Assembly: GCA_977020255.1 (NCBI GenBank)
Contig: CDROCS010000745.1
Coordinates: 682,001-746,000, forward strand
From: Obrimoposthia wandeli
Taxonomy: Eukaryota
Reading direction: 5' to 3'
DNA: 64,000 nucleotides
The first letter of the stretch is position 1, and every line of letters starts with the position of its first letter. A program made the translations under genes and the position numbers. Below, one piece after another: positions 28,213 through 43,200 of this stretch. A model generated the notes under the pieces. The model was not told the DNA's origin. It saw nothing but the letters and a program-made list of their open reading frames with translations, and made no database searches.

Positions 28213-31200
28213 GCTAACCAATATGAATCCATTTTGAATGATTTGGAGATATATTTTAACAACGAAAAGGAGTGTAGTTTGAAGGGTAATGCATTTCATA
28301 TTTATGTTTCACGGAAAATTTAGATTTCCGATTGATTGAGGATGTATTACATTCTCCGTTATTTGAGGGACGCAATATCACAGTTGATGAAGTCATAGAG
28401 AGTGTTCACGCCGATTCAAACATTAGATTCAGCGTTAGAGGCTGCAAGATCCGTGTGAAGCCAGCAGAACTTAATGTAAGAGATATTTAAAGTTTCTGGG
28501 ATAATTTTTCTTATTTATACTTCAATAGTAATTTAATTTAATTGTTTAACAATTATTATTTCGTAAATGAATTGTTCAATAAAATTATCATTATGTGTTG
28601 ATGTAAGAAAAATAAGTAAAACTAAATTAATAAAATTATTAATGTCCATGTTTTTATTTGTTTGCAATCAAATGTCTTAGCAATGTTAAAAACATAATTT
28701 TGATTTAAAAAATAATTGGTATTTGAAAGATTTCCTGATTATGTCCCTGTTCAATGAAAGATTTCCTGATTATGTCCCTGTTCAATGAAAGATTTCCTGA
28801 TTATGTCCCTGTTCTCCAACAGGCTGTCCAGAACTGATGTGGAAAGAGGGATATTGTATACTGAAATTGTCAATTACCATTTTAATGTCTTTCTTTGCTC
28901 CTTTTGCTGCTACCTTTATGCTCTGTTCGCATTATTCCAGAGGTTCTGTATATACAATGTTTTAAGCAGTATGTAGTTCCCAATTTCAATCCATATGGCA
29001 GCTAAATCTAGATGTTTCTTCTCTGTTGCCGCCTATGCCAAAATTTTTATAGCATTATATACAGTTATCTATCGATATTGCAAACAACAAAGACGTGTCC
29101 AGCTTGTTTTCATTAGGCGTTGCTCGCCATATCGATAGCTAACTGTTATTAGAAATTATAAATATATAGAAGAATTACAGATTAAATTGTAAACTGTTCA
29201 TTTACTTGTAAATATTAATGATGTAATACAATGTCTTTGACAGCAATGCAATCCTTTTTACATTGGAATTCTCACAAACATGTAAATAACTTTGCTGTTT
29301 TCCGCTTCCCTAAAGATTGGAATACGGTGATTTTTACCTCTTTTTTGTCTTTCCTGGAATTGTTTCTTTCAGCTGAAACCTCAAAATTATCGTATTGTAA
29401 CTGAACTTCATAGATAGGCTGTTGTAAATATTATCTGGGAGACTTCAACTTAGAGTTACTTAGTCCAATAAATTGGGTTTTTGGGTGAAATTTGTCCACG
29501 TTCCCATAGATTATGTGACCGGGATTGTACCTTAGTTATGAATATATCGTTTGTCTATTCTGAATGGTAATTTGAAATTGTATTAGAAAAGGAAGAAGTG
29601 TTAATTGACATTTATTGCAATGAAGATAACCAAATATTCAAACACTCAACTTGAACTCATTGAAATTTAGCAAACGAATTTATTTTATATTTTCAAACAA
29701 AAATGACTGGTTTTTCAATGTCTAATTCTACCCTTTTTCGGCGTTTTTAAGTGTTTTTCGCTTCAATATCTATATGGTAAATCGAAAAGTATACGAGGAA
29801 GATATATATATATATATTTAAGCGCATAAACCTAGAAGATGTACACAACTGCTATTCAAAACCGCCATCATATCATAATTCTATATGAGACTTAACCTGT
29901 CACTTAGAGATTTGTATATTGGAATTTTCACAAATTTCTTTTATTTCAGTTGTTTCTCAATTGTTTTGTAGTCTGAATCTCATATTCTGTTATTAGATCA
30001 CATAGATGTGTACGCTGTTTCTTTAACAAACACTTCTTTACAATTACCATTATTTTACAGTTTATTTCTTCTTTAACAGATATCAAGTAACATTCTGGAG
30101 AATCGTGTAAAGCGAATTTTGAAATTTTAGTTTAGTCGATAAAATACTTTGTGTATTTAATATTGTTTGTTCTGACCAATATTTTCTTATTTCCCATATT
30201 TTAGTCAACTCGTAATTGCATCTTTTTACTCATTTGTTTGAGTGGTCAACGAATTTGATACCTGATTTAATGACCTTAGAATATACTTTATTAGTTGTAT
30301 TAGTAATTCTATATACACGAACTTCGTACAGGAAGTATAGTACAATCGCACTGATTCACATGTGGAGTCATCAAATTTTAGAATTGGTTGTTAGAACCAT
30401 CAATATTTATCAAATTTCGCTTCCTGTTGAAAGGCACTAAATTCACAGAATCACAGATTATTATTTACATTTCATTAAAATAGCGTACATTCCTTACTAA
30501 TTATTAAACAATTTTTGTCAAAGAAACTTGAAATAAAAAGTCATTTTTTGTGCAATCTCGAAAAGTGGGGTGAATCCTTTTCTTAAAGTGCGATTGTCAA
30601 AGGCATCGTTAGCTATAAAAACAAACAATGTTTCCTTCCCGTCATCCGATTAATACAAAATGTTTACTTCATAAACTTTCTAAATCGTAAAGATTTTCAA
30701 AATTACCTTATAATAGAACTTAAATAAAAACTCCAGGAATTTTTGTTGTAAATATGGGTTGACTAATTTCCTTAAACATTCTTCAACTTTCATGACTATT
30801 TCCCAAATCGCGGGTAACATGTATATTTCTGTACTCTGTACAATGCTCACTCACATTTTGATTTCTCTAAATGCTACACCGCGTCCATTATCGCATTGTG
30901 GGATTTCGCTAGGCCGAACTAAGGTTGATAAGCGAAGCCAAACGTCAAAGGTTAAAGACATTATATCACTAATAGTCCTAGTTGCGAGCAACGTCGACAG
31001 CATTATCATAAGATCGAAAACACTCGTGAGATTCCGAATCAATTTGAATAGGTCCAAAGAATGTTGTCCATTAGATAGCCTTGCATCTTAGACCCAAAGT
31101 CCAATGGTCAAATTTAAAAGGACAAGTAAACTAATTAATACCAATGTGTTTTAGTACTTAATTATAAGTACAATCAAACTCATCTAAATTTCAAATTAGA

Positions 31201-34200
31201 GACAATGTATTAAAATGTGGGGCCAAAGAAAATAAATTTATTAAGATAGATATTTCCTTACTTGAACATTACAAAATTTAATTGCATCTTTTATCTTATC
31301 GAAATTCTAGAAAATAAAACTAAATAACGTTTAAATTAATTTACATTTTTTTGAGAATTTCCAATGTATGTATAATATACATTGTATATGTAATAGGACG
31401 TAAAATTAACACAATTATTATCACAATGTTTCACAGTGTATTTTAAATGTGAGGTGAAAAATAATAACCATATAAAGTGATAGGAGATTTGGATAGTATC
31501 ACCTGCATGATTTCCCGTGCATATTAAAATATCGTAACTGGATATTTTATACTACTCGCTGATTAACTACTATGTTGAAGCAAGAATAGTTAGAAAATGG
31601 TGTCTGAATAAATTCAATTTCTATGCTGAGTATTAATAATGGACCCTACTATTATAAAGTATAAACTTTACACGTGATCAATACATCTTCTTCGGATATG
31701 GTTCATTATAAACAGTTAAAGTATACTTCTGTTTTTGTTAAAACAGATGAAACATTAATGAATTATTATCTTATTATATATTATATTTTAAACTAACAAA
31801 TACAATTATACAAGAAAATATACAAAAAGGAGGAAAAACTCTAGTATGTAGACATCATGGAACACATACTGCTGTAGGTATTGTTATCGCATACTTATCT
31901 CTTTCTATGCCTGTTAGTACTGCTTCTTATCTTGTAAAAACTAAGCGTAGTGTCGAAAGTATGTGTACTCAAATCCATATTTTTAATAGTTTCTCACGTT
32001 AATAAGATTAGACGTATTATTATGACTACCAATAAAAATAAAAATCTGAAATTATCTGTACATATTTAATCAATATTAACAAGTATATTTTGCCTTCTCT
32101 CGAAATGTTGTAAACACATTCGCAAGTAGATATGCATCCATTTTGAGATATAGCATCCACTCGTACCAAACTTTCTCCGCCGACTCATATTGGTCAATTT
32201 TGATATTCTCATCCTATTTTGGTATATATATAACCTCATATGTTAAGATGGTAAAGAAACGTATTCCAAAAATAGCAGTAGGCTTTATTTTGGTCATATT
32301 TACATGTAAAACATTGATAATTTTATAGATTATGCATTATATAATGTAAGGCAAGATTAACATTTATTCTACAGGCAGTAAAATATACTTAAAACACCGT
32401 TGTAAATTAATTTCTAAGACACGTAAACTTTACTCTTATCAATATTATCTGTTTTCACATTTAGGCTATTGTATTATATTGGTGTATTTAAACAAAACTC
32501 CTGATTTTAAAATAATATATAGTACGCTTAAATAAAATATACTATATTATGTAATAGTACAATCAAACATCCATCAGCTTGCACCATCTTATATTATTAT
32601 TTAAGTAAAGGAGAACAAGAAATTACAGAGAAAAAATTAAACATATTTTCTAAGTCGAAAACAGGTTAATATTCCTTAAGAGGGATGGTGGTGCGTGTAT
32701 TCACTTGTCATAATTTCTTTGAGCATTTCTTGTTTTTTATCTTCTAACATAATAATGAATTATTTCTAAAATGATTTCCTTTAAAACTCTCCTTGAACTA
32801 TATAATTGGTGAAGCAAATACACAGACATTGACATTTAATTACATAATTTACATGCTATACACATAAAAGTCAGGGTACACACTAATTATTTGGCAGTTA
32901 TTTCGTATTCTCTTTGAACCAAATTACTAAAATGAAACGAGAAGAAATAATGTTTATTAACAAAAACATCTTGATTCAAGGCTAAAAACTACCATCAGAA
33001 TTATTTGGAATATTATCATCAAAATGATAATCTTCATCACTTCATAATTATTAAAATCGCTGATATAATCATCACTATCATAATTACTGTAACTTATTGA
33101 TGAAGTTTAATCTTTATCAAATTCCATTAAAAAAACATTTATTTAAACTATTGAAACTAAAATTTCTGAAAATTGTACTAAAATTTCATTAATCTGCAAA
33201 CTACTCAGTAAATTTATCTATTTGTCAACAAAAAACAGTGTTAAAATATAGAAAATATATAATGCTTAGTTCGAACAGTAAATATTGGTAGAAGTGTAAA
33301 TTGTCGGTTCCAAAACAAAAGCACTCAAAGAACTACGCCCTCTCCCCCGAACAAGGAACGAAGAACAAAGTACATCTAGAATTCGCTTAGTCATTCAGAT
33401 GTTCTTTGTTCCTTTTTTGGGGTGAGAGGGGGAGGAGTAGTTATTTGTGTGCTATTGTTTTTGAACGGACACTTTATGTATTCAATCCTGATTGGTCTTA
33501 TGTGTCATTTACGATTATGTAGTTTAATTTTCTGTAGACATTAAGTATATAATTCTAATTACCGTAGAGATTCAAGTTAACGTAGACATTTTGTATGTAC
33601 ATAAAATTTTGCGTAGATTTTAAATTTATTCCAGTAGATACATTTAAAAATTAAAAATTTAGAAATTAACAATTTTAAAATTAAACACAATTGACCGTCC
33701 AAGTTTTTATTTACAATTATTTAATTTACTGCGACCCCATTCCAGGAGTTAGACTACCCCGCATTACCGGACAGCTATCGCAGTTTTAATCTTGAAAAGG
33801 TTATTGTTTATATTAGGAGTCTAGTAAAAAAGTATATGTTTATACATGATTATATGATTAAGAAAGAAATTGTTTATAAGCAAAGTAACATCGATAGAAT
33901 ATATATTAGCACAATCATAAGCAAACTTGTCCATCAGTAATTTTACAGATTGGTTTCTGGAGACCTGTATAGTTGATTTTGTAGGTCTGTATTAAAATGA
34001 CGATCATCCACTTGAGTCCAGTTCTCATCTTGTCAACATTAAAGTCATGATCTCGCTGGAAGAGATTAGGATCAGCTCGAATGATTATATGATTCCCAAC
34101 TATGATGTTGAGATGCATCGACGCAAAATTTTTGTTGAGATCATCAATATCTGACGGATTTAATCAATGTATCTTGAAATCATATTTTGACTTATTCAGA

Positions 34201-37200
34201 GCCACCGGAAACATGAATCCATATGTGATTGGTTATCGACTTTGTTGCCCGTCAAGCTTTCCTTTGTAATAAGCAATATTTGATTGATTCATTTCAAGAT
34301 GCTACAACAAACCCTCACGGATACTTGTTTTTAGATTTTACACAGGAATGTTCATATGATTTACGCGTGAGAACCGATATTTTCAATAATTATTTTGTAT
34401 ATAAACAAATGAAAAGCATATCTACCTGTTAATCATTTCATTTATGAAAGAAACAATGCCTAGTGGGGTTGGACCTAAATGGAGACCGGGTGATACATTA
34501 CACGATAATGATAACAAGTTGATGCTAAAGAAGAATGCTCATATTAAAAATCTTATTAAATCAGTGATTCATCAACGTAAAGTAGTCGATTAATCATTAA
34601 AGAAATTGGTCAAGACAGTAACAAGGAAACCATTAAAAAAGAAGAAGAAACCTGTTAAGAAAACAGTTGAAAAGTCGGTTAAGAAGTCGGATAAAAAGTG
34701 TGTAAATAAACTAGTTTATAAATGGATTAAACTATAAACAATATTGCAAATAGTTTAATTCATTAAATATGATATCAAAATCTGTACTTCCCTACTTTCA
34801 GGTTTTAATCAAGGCTCCAAGCACATATAGAGCACGTATTCTCAAGTCATGTCTTCCCTTTGTTATTGATAAGTTGGTTGAAGTGTTGTTTAATATTACA
34901 AAAGGTACGGTAAAAATCAGTAATCATAAACATAACCTGAGAAAACATCAAAAAGGTTTACTTGATTTAGTGAATACTAAAGGCAAAACTGGTAAACGTA
35001 GAGTAATTCTAACACAAAAAGGTTGTTTAATCGGTGCATTAATACCTATAATTGCTACTTTAGTATCTCCTTTGATTGCAAACAAAATAAGTAATACCAT
35101 ACCAAACATCGATTTGAAATTCACTTGTTGTAATGGAAACGCTATGGTACTATCCCGAAAACCCAGCTGGGCACAGCGGCATTCGCAAACTATCATCAAA
35201 AAGTCAAAAGAAAACTCAGAAATGGCTGAACAATCAGCTAGCATACAGTCTAAACAAGCCAATGAAACGAAGGTTTCCGACTCGAGCATACAGAACAGGC
35301 GGTTCTAACGATTTATGGCAGGCCGATTGGATGGAAATGATACCATATGCAAGTATCAATGCTGGTAACAAGTATATTTTAAAGTGTATTGACAGAACAG
35401 GCGGTCCTAACGATTTATGGCAGGCCGATTGGATGGAAATGATATGCAACTATCAATGATGGTAACAAGTATATTTTAAAATGTATTGATGTGTTTACAA
35501 GGTATGCGCGTGCATTACCTGTAAAATCTAAATCAGGTAAGGATATAGAGGCTGCTCTAAGTATAATGATTGATAAAACTGTTCCCATACATGTGCAAAC
35601 CGACAAGGGTAAATAGTTTTACAACAAAAATGTAGGTAGTTTATTTAAGAAATTAAATATTGAACATTACTCTGTAGTTTCACAATTCAAAGCTGCAGTA
35701 GTTGAAAGATTTAATAGAACACTGAGAGATCGATTGAAAATATATTTTATTGCACAAGGCAATAAAAGATGGGTTGACGTTTTACCAAAAGTAATGACTT
35801 CATACAGTCACAGTAAGCCTAGAGGTTTAGACAGATTGAGTTCTGTTGATATAACCAACAAAAACGTAATATAAATTTGGTTGAGTTGCAATCAAGTCGG
35901 TAAAGTTAAGAAACCTAAACATAAAACTGGTGATTATGTTCGGATATCAAAGTTTAGTGGTAGCCTCTTCACTAAAAACTTTAATCAGAATATGAGTGAT
36001 GAGGTGTTTAGGATAGAGAAAACAGACAAACATGCAAATCCTGTAATAGTTGATGACTGTAATGTAATAACAGGGAAATTTTATGAACCTGAATTACAAG
36101 TAATTGATAAACCTACACTTTTCCGTATCCAAGAAGTCGTAAAATCTAAAGGCCGCGGTAAGAATAAACAATATCTCGTAAAGTGGCATGGATATTCTGA
36201 ATCAACATAGATCAAAGCAAGCCAGATATAGACTTCTATATGATTTTACCGAGTAATAGTTGAACGAAAACTCAACCTAATAATATGGCTTCATTATTCA
36301 CTGTAGATTGGGAGAATCCAATTACGTAAAATGGTAAATGGGAGGCGGCATTAACTGAATTTACGTATACAAGTGTTCAGAGTTAAATACAAAGTCTAGT
36401 TCTTTGCGTTTTCATTGAAGGGTCAAATCAAATCGCTCATCTGAGCAGTGGATGTTGCCTGAGGAAAACTATGTATAAGAATAGTCTGGGCACCTTAAAA
36501 TATTCTCAAATTCAAGTCCTCGACATTGGTACAATTTCAAGTCTTATCGGAGTGCACCATATTTTAGTGCTTGTGTTGCTATTTTTGCATCTAGAGAGCG
36601 TAAAAGCTTAAGAAAATATCATTGACATAAAATTAATATGTAACTGCTTTGTACAATATTGCAAGTTTCTTGTTCCATCAACCAATACAGAGGGGAATTC
36701 TCTGTTTGATCCTGTCCACTGACTGCTTCTGTACAATTGCAGAAAATGAAGTGATGATTGATTTTCATGGAATCCTGTGCAGTTACTGATATAATTGAAA
36801 ATGATTTAATAATTGGTAAGAGACCAAACTTGTTGGTGGCATCGGAGTTATTGAATTTCTCAAAGTTGAAAGATAATTGTGCTGTTGAAGACATTGAAGT
36901 TGTAAAATAGGAAAATACAACTTATCTGTGAGTGTATTGTGTTTCATTTTTGGTGGCTGTAGGAGTTATTTACTGTCCATCAGTTACTGAAATTGGCTGT
37001 TCAGATACTGTTTCTATTTCCTATTTGTACGTATATTGCTTCCTAAATTAGCCCACTGTTGACCCCCATATTAACATTGTCTATTATTTATATTCCATTT
37101 CAAAACCATTTTAGATCAAAGTTATTCTATTAAAATTTACTCTTTTTTTCTATCCAAAGTTTTTTATACATATTCGACTTTTATTCAAATTTGGATGTTT

Positions 37201-40200
37201 TGGGCACCTCACTAGGGAAACCAAAAATATTGCAACTTTTGAAGAATTGCGTTAATTTTATATTACTGTGGTTGGGTAGTCGATGGTACAGAGAGCGATA
37301 AGAATTAAAAAGGCAAGAGGTAAGAACAACTTGAGATTTATTGATTTAACAATCGATCCCCTAATTAATTAATCATCATAAAATTTAACTTTCAGAATAT
37401 ATAAACTACAGCACATTAACACTCACATAAAAACACAAAGTGATGCTGTGATGAAAGAGGAAGAGAGAAAGGATAAGGTCACAAAAATGACATATATTTA
37501 CTAATATTTCACCTGAATACCACTGTCAATTAGCATATATTTTAAGGAATATCCTCAGGATGGTTTCAGGATTGTTTCTGGGATATGCTCAGTATGCTTC
37601 TCAATTTCCTTATTTACATTGAAGTCTAATCTTTCCACAGCTTCTCTACCAAATATATAGATCATTTCCTTCAGGGCTTATTCAATTTCCAGATAAATAT
37701 ATGAAATGACCTCAAATTAAATACAAATTTGACTCTTCTTCTTCTTCTTCTAAAATATTCACTTTTCAGAGTTAGTCAAAATCAAAAAATATATTTGTTT
37801 TTACTATTTTAGATAATGATTTTAAAACAAAATTACAAATGAAACAACGATTTTTTAATTTAATAAAGGGAATGAATAATTTTAAAAATATAAAAAATTA
37901 TCAATTTTAAATACTTTGCTTTATAAGTTAATTTAAGTAGTTCTGTTAAACAAATATAAGTATAAGTATTTTCCTTTACTACACACACAAGGCCAATATA
38001 GTCAAAACAAAAATACATTACTTTTATACATAGTTTTCAAATACTCTATTTAGTTGAAAACAAAAAACTGTGACCTTGATTTTAATGGGCACATATTGTT
38101 AGTTACATTTACATTGGCTTTGATGAAATTTCTGTAAACCACAAAAATAATTTTACTTTTAGAGTGATCCTGTGACCATCCTTTCCAAGAAACTAGCAGC
38201 TGTTCTCAGACATAGTTTATTCACATGCGGAATAGAAGTTATACAAGGTAACTGATTTGTAGGTATGTAGCATTAGAATATATAAGACTTTCACTCAACG
38301 TGGTATTGACATTATTAAAACAAAATTATACAACAAAAATGTCCGAATTCTGGAATTAGCAATATTCAAACAAAACACACTACATCCCTACTTGAACTGT
38401 ATGTTCACACATCACATTCTCTTTACCTGTTTCTTATTTCTAGTATATGTTCTCTGGAAATTCTGTTCACCGGGGTCTTCTGTATCAGACTGCCTCTGCT
38501 GACTCATCACTGCTTGATCCTTCGCGATCTTCATCATGTGTGTCTTCATCGTTGCACTCTATCTCTAGACTCCTGTAGCTTCTTCTGACATATTGAATGT
38601 GGCGTGGAATACTATCGACTTCGATGCATAACGGACTGACTATCTTTGTAATCATACCACGGTTCCACTTCTCTATGCATCGGACATGCTGCCTTGGCTT
38701 GACGAAAAACACATCACCCACGGACCATTCGGAACCACCCATACAGATTTCCTCATTATTTTTCTCATCAGATAATTTTACTGTATGCGCATAGATAATT
38801 TCAGCAGGAACACATTTTTCAACACCTTCCCCACGAAGTGATACATTATACCAGAAATTTGCCTTCAAATTGGAATCTTTGACCGTGCTGCAATTCGTTT
38901 TACAGTTCGGTGACACCTTTCAATTATTCCATTTGTAGCTGTCTGATGTACATCTAAAACAAATAATTACCCCATTCTTTGCACATGTCATGAAATTCTC
39001 AGCTTCTAAATGCCAACCCGTTGTCTACCCAAACCTCTTCAGGTGGCCCTCTCTCAGAAAACAGTAATTGGCATTGCTCTACTAATTGATGTAATCCTTC
39101 TGTTAGCACCTTCCTCCAAACTGTGAATCTGCTTGGCCCACAATCAATCATTGACATAAAGAGATTCATCATAATGTACGTAATCCAATGCTAATCTTTT
39201 CCAAGTTTCGTCAACACTTATTTTTCCACTTCGCATATTCTTCGGCGCTGGATCTATACTGTTACATTCTTCGCAATTATTCTCTTTACGTCATCATTTT
39301 TCGCACTTTTTCCGCTTCTGTATAAGATTCATAGTTATTTTTACTCCTCCGTAATGCTTCTCATGCTGCTTTTATATTTCTTCTGCGTCTAACTCCCCTG
39401 CATGCCCAGCGTAACAACTTACCTTTGATGTACCCAGGACTGTTTGACTCTTGTCATTTTGTCAGCAATGTTATTTTTAGAACTTACCCATTTAACACAC
39501 CAATCTATATCATTTTCTTTTAAGGTGTTTTCTATAGTATGTAGCCTTTTTCTCACTAACATTATGCTGGACCCAGTCACTTTAATTTTTTATCTATATT
39601 TAACAAAGCTGTCATCCATCCATGTACCACTCTAGAATCTGTAATTATCTGAATCGTTTTCGGACTCATTTAGTGCCATATTTAAACCTTTTATTACAGC
39701 CTCCAGCTCAGCTACGTTGATCATCATTTTCCGGCTCCAGGCAACTTCCATCTTCCATAATTTCCTCATCAAATTCGACAACACAACCACAAGCTATTTT
39801 GCTCACATCACATCATAATTTACACTTTTTAAAACTTGTAGTATTCCACACACCTTTCACTGGATCATCAATTTTCACACGATGCATAACATATTTTAGC
39901 ATCAATATTACATTTTCCGGAGCGGTTTGATTCCTTGTAATATGATTACACTGTCGCTTTATATAGCTGCAGGCAACTCTCATCCATCCACCTAGAGGTT
40001 AGTGCACTATCAGTTTTCCACATATTGAATATACAGCTTTCTTACTCAACTTAGCTTCGATATTCGGTATACAGCTGCTCCTTATCCATACTAATTGATT
40101 CCCATTAGCATAATTTTCAGCTCTAACACTCGCACATCACGGATATTTTCAGGTTCTTTACAGATTAATCCATATTGTCTTAAATGTTCGCGCACTTCAT

Positions 40201-43200
40201 TAGCCGTCACAATATTCTCATCAACTAATATATCGTCTACATGCACCTTACTAGCACCTTCGTTTATCTTTGCATCTTTTTTCAATACTGTTTCCAATAT
40301 TTTTGACATTATTTTTGGTGCTAATGCTAAACCAAGACCCAATTGGGTTAACTCATAACATTTTTCTTTGATCATCACTCTGATATTTCCACAATTCACT
40401 ATCAACGTGTAACTGAAGATAAGTGTCTTTTAAGTCTAGCATTCTACACTTGTTAGATTTCATTTGCTACTCTCGAAGGACTTGATCAATTGTTCGTTTG
40501 TCCTATGTATGGGAATTTACATATTGATTTAGTTCTCTATAGTCCATCGCGGACCTTATTTTTTACCTATGCTTCTTGTTTCACACACAAAAGAGGTATC
40601 GTACCTTTCGATTCGTTTGAGTCAGACGGTTTTACCAACCCATTTTGTATCCATTCCATGAGTTCCGCATCATAAGCTTCTTCAATGTATGTTGGTACGT
40701 TATATTGTGTGATACAATTTTCCAAAATCGGTTTATCTCCCTTCCACTTCCATTTAAATGTCTATCTTTGTCCACCAAACTTTGCATAAAAATCATCGTC
40801 ATTAATAACCACTGATACCATTTTTCTTTCCATCTTTAGTGAATTTGTAGAACAATCCCCGACATAATTCTCAACATTTGCACAACATATATCTTTAATC
40901 CATTTTACATATCCTTTACAGTTTATAGTCACTCCACCAACACACAAAATAACATACATACATATTATCATATCAACACCTTCAGCTCATTACCAAACAT
41001 TCTATTTCTACGATCACTTAATCATTTATTTTCAAACTTACGTTTGCTTTACCATCATTAATTGCTCTAATATATCCGATTCCACTTATACTCCCATATT
41101 GGCCATAGCTACCTCCATTACACAATCTATTTGTAATTATGGTCACGATACTTCCTGTGTCTACCAATGCTCGAGCCACTTTCCCATTTACTACCATACC
41201 GATTACAGGCTGCGCAAAGCATTTAGGAGAGTTAGTGGCGCTTACTGCTCTCCTAAGTAGTTTAAAACTGCTGAACAATTATAATCCATGTGACCACTTT
41301 TACTGCACTTGAAACATCTTGTTAATCTTCTTTCCTTCGTACATTCTTTTGAATAATGACCCTTTTCGTTACAGTTGTATCACGCAATACTTTGACGGTT
41401 AACGGTTTGTGAATTAACTGTCTTTACGGATACCGTGACTTGAAAACTATTGTCTTACAATATTCTCGATTTCTCAAGTAATTGGGTCATTTCCACTTTA
41501 TCCGTTTCTATCATTGTTCGCAGTTGCATTTATACCTGCATTGGTAAGCTTGTTAAAAAAAACACTTACACAGCTCATTATTATCAGGAAATCCAGCTTT
41601 CTTGCATAGTCTTCTTATTTCTCCAAACAGCTCATCCATATTGTCACCAACTTTCCATTATTTCGCTCTCAACTTTTCAAAAGCATCAATTCCCTTTTCC
41701 CAAAATAACGAGTCCAGGGATTTTTCTATCTCGCTTAGATCCTTCTTCTTCAGACCTAGGTTATCACAAACCTGATATGCTAGGCCATCCAATAGTTTGA
41801 CATCGCGGTACATAAATCCTCTTTCGATACTGCAGCAATAACTTTGGCTCTCTCCATTCATTCTGTAAAATACTTTCCCTTCCCTCTGAATGTACCTGCT
41901 GCTTTCATCAAATTTCTCATTTTCGTTTTCCAGTAATATTTTGCCAAAATAGCTTGTAGGATAAGAATATATTAAACTTTCATGCAACGTTGTATTGGCA
42001 TTATTAAAACAAACTTATACAACAAAAATGTCCGAATTCTGGAATTAGCAATATTCAAACAAAAACACACTACAAGATAATCACGGGGCATAATGGATTT
42101 GTGACGAGTGGATTGAATGAGAGAGTTATAGAAAAATGCAGGAAAATACAGTATAAATTATTTGGAAAGAAAGGTTGAAAATATAAGACTGGCAATTCAA
42201 ATATATAAATCGAAGAAAATCTTTATTTAAGTTTGCCGATAGCAGAAATGAAAGTGTAATAATATTGTAGAATTCTGAAGACACGACTTTCCTGTTTAGA
42301 AGATGCTGTAGTTAACTACTCAAATATACGATTTGTAGAGCGCCTTCCCACAATTTTAAAGAAATATGTAATTTATAAAATATACATGATGTGATCCAAA
42401 ATGTCCCGGACTAATTAAGAAAGAAGAAAGGAATTTAAAAACAAATATATATTTAATTCAATATATGAACCGTTAACATCAAATATTTTATTCCAACGAT
42501 CCTGGAAGTATTTTGAAAAGAAAGCTTCGTCTTGAGAGTCAAACCAGGTGGTAACTGCTTCCTTGATCTTTTAAGAATCACTAAACATAGTACCTCTAAG
42601 AATCTTTTTCATCCGTTGGAATATATAAAAGTCGCTAGGAGCTATATCTGGGCTATATGGAGGATGTGGTAGTAATTCAAATTTACAGTTGACTATTATT
42701 TCTAAGTTTTCTTAACCGTATGGATTGGTGCATTATCATGCAATAACTACAAAGGAACATTTTTTTCTTGTACACTTTCGAGCTTCCTTTAAGATCATAC
42801 AATAATATTCAGCATTAATTGTAATCTAATTCTATGTTTGTAAGTACCCTAAATAAACGAAATTTTATTGGAAATTGGCGATGCGCATTTTTCACGGAGG
42901 AGTCAAAAACATCAGCTATATTGCATATTTTGATCTCTCCAATACTTATAAAAATGCAGTTGTATATTCCAAAATAGGTGTTCGATTATTTTAATGAGAA
43001 AAAAATACTTGTATGTGTATATAGCGTATATTGATAATTTTTTAAATGTCTAAGTTTAAAAGCTGTATTTTGAAATTCATCTGATGTCACAATGTAAGGA
43101 CACAAATCAGTGTTTTCGAAACTGTTCTTTTTGCCCAGGTTCGTTTTTGCGCATATCGGATATTCTCAGTACACCATCCTTCGCTGGGTTCACCCGGAAA

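Noticed and set aside
30759-31091. GC-richer island with ORFs on both strands
   Set aside because: Possibly a transposase relic, but no motif could be assigned.
36400-36900. Minus-strand peptide faintly resembling a Neuralized-type repeat
   Set aside because: Too degenerate, with stops; no diagnostic motif.
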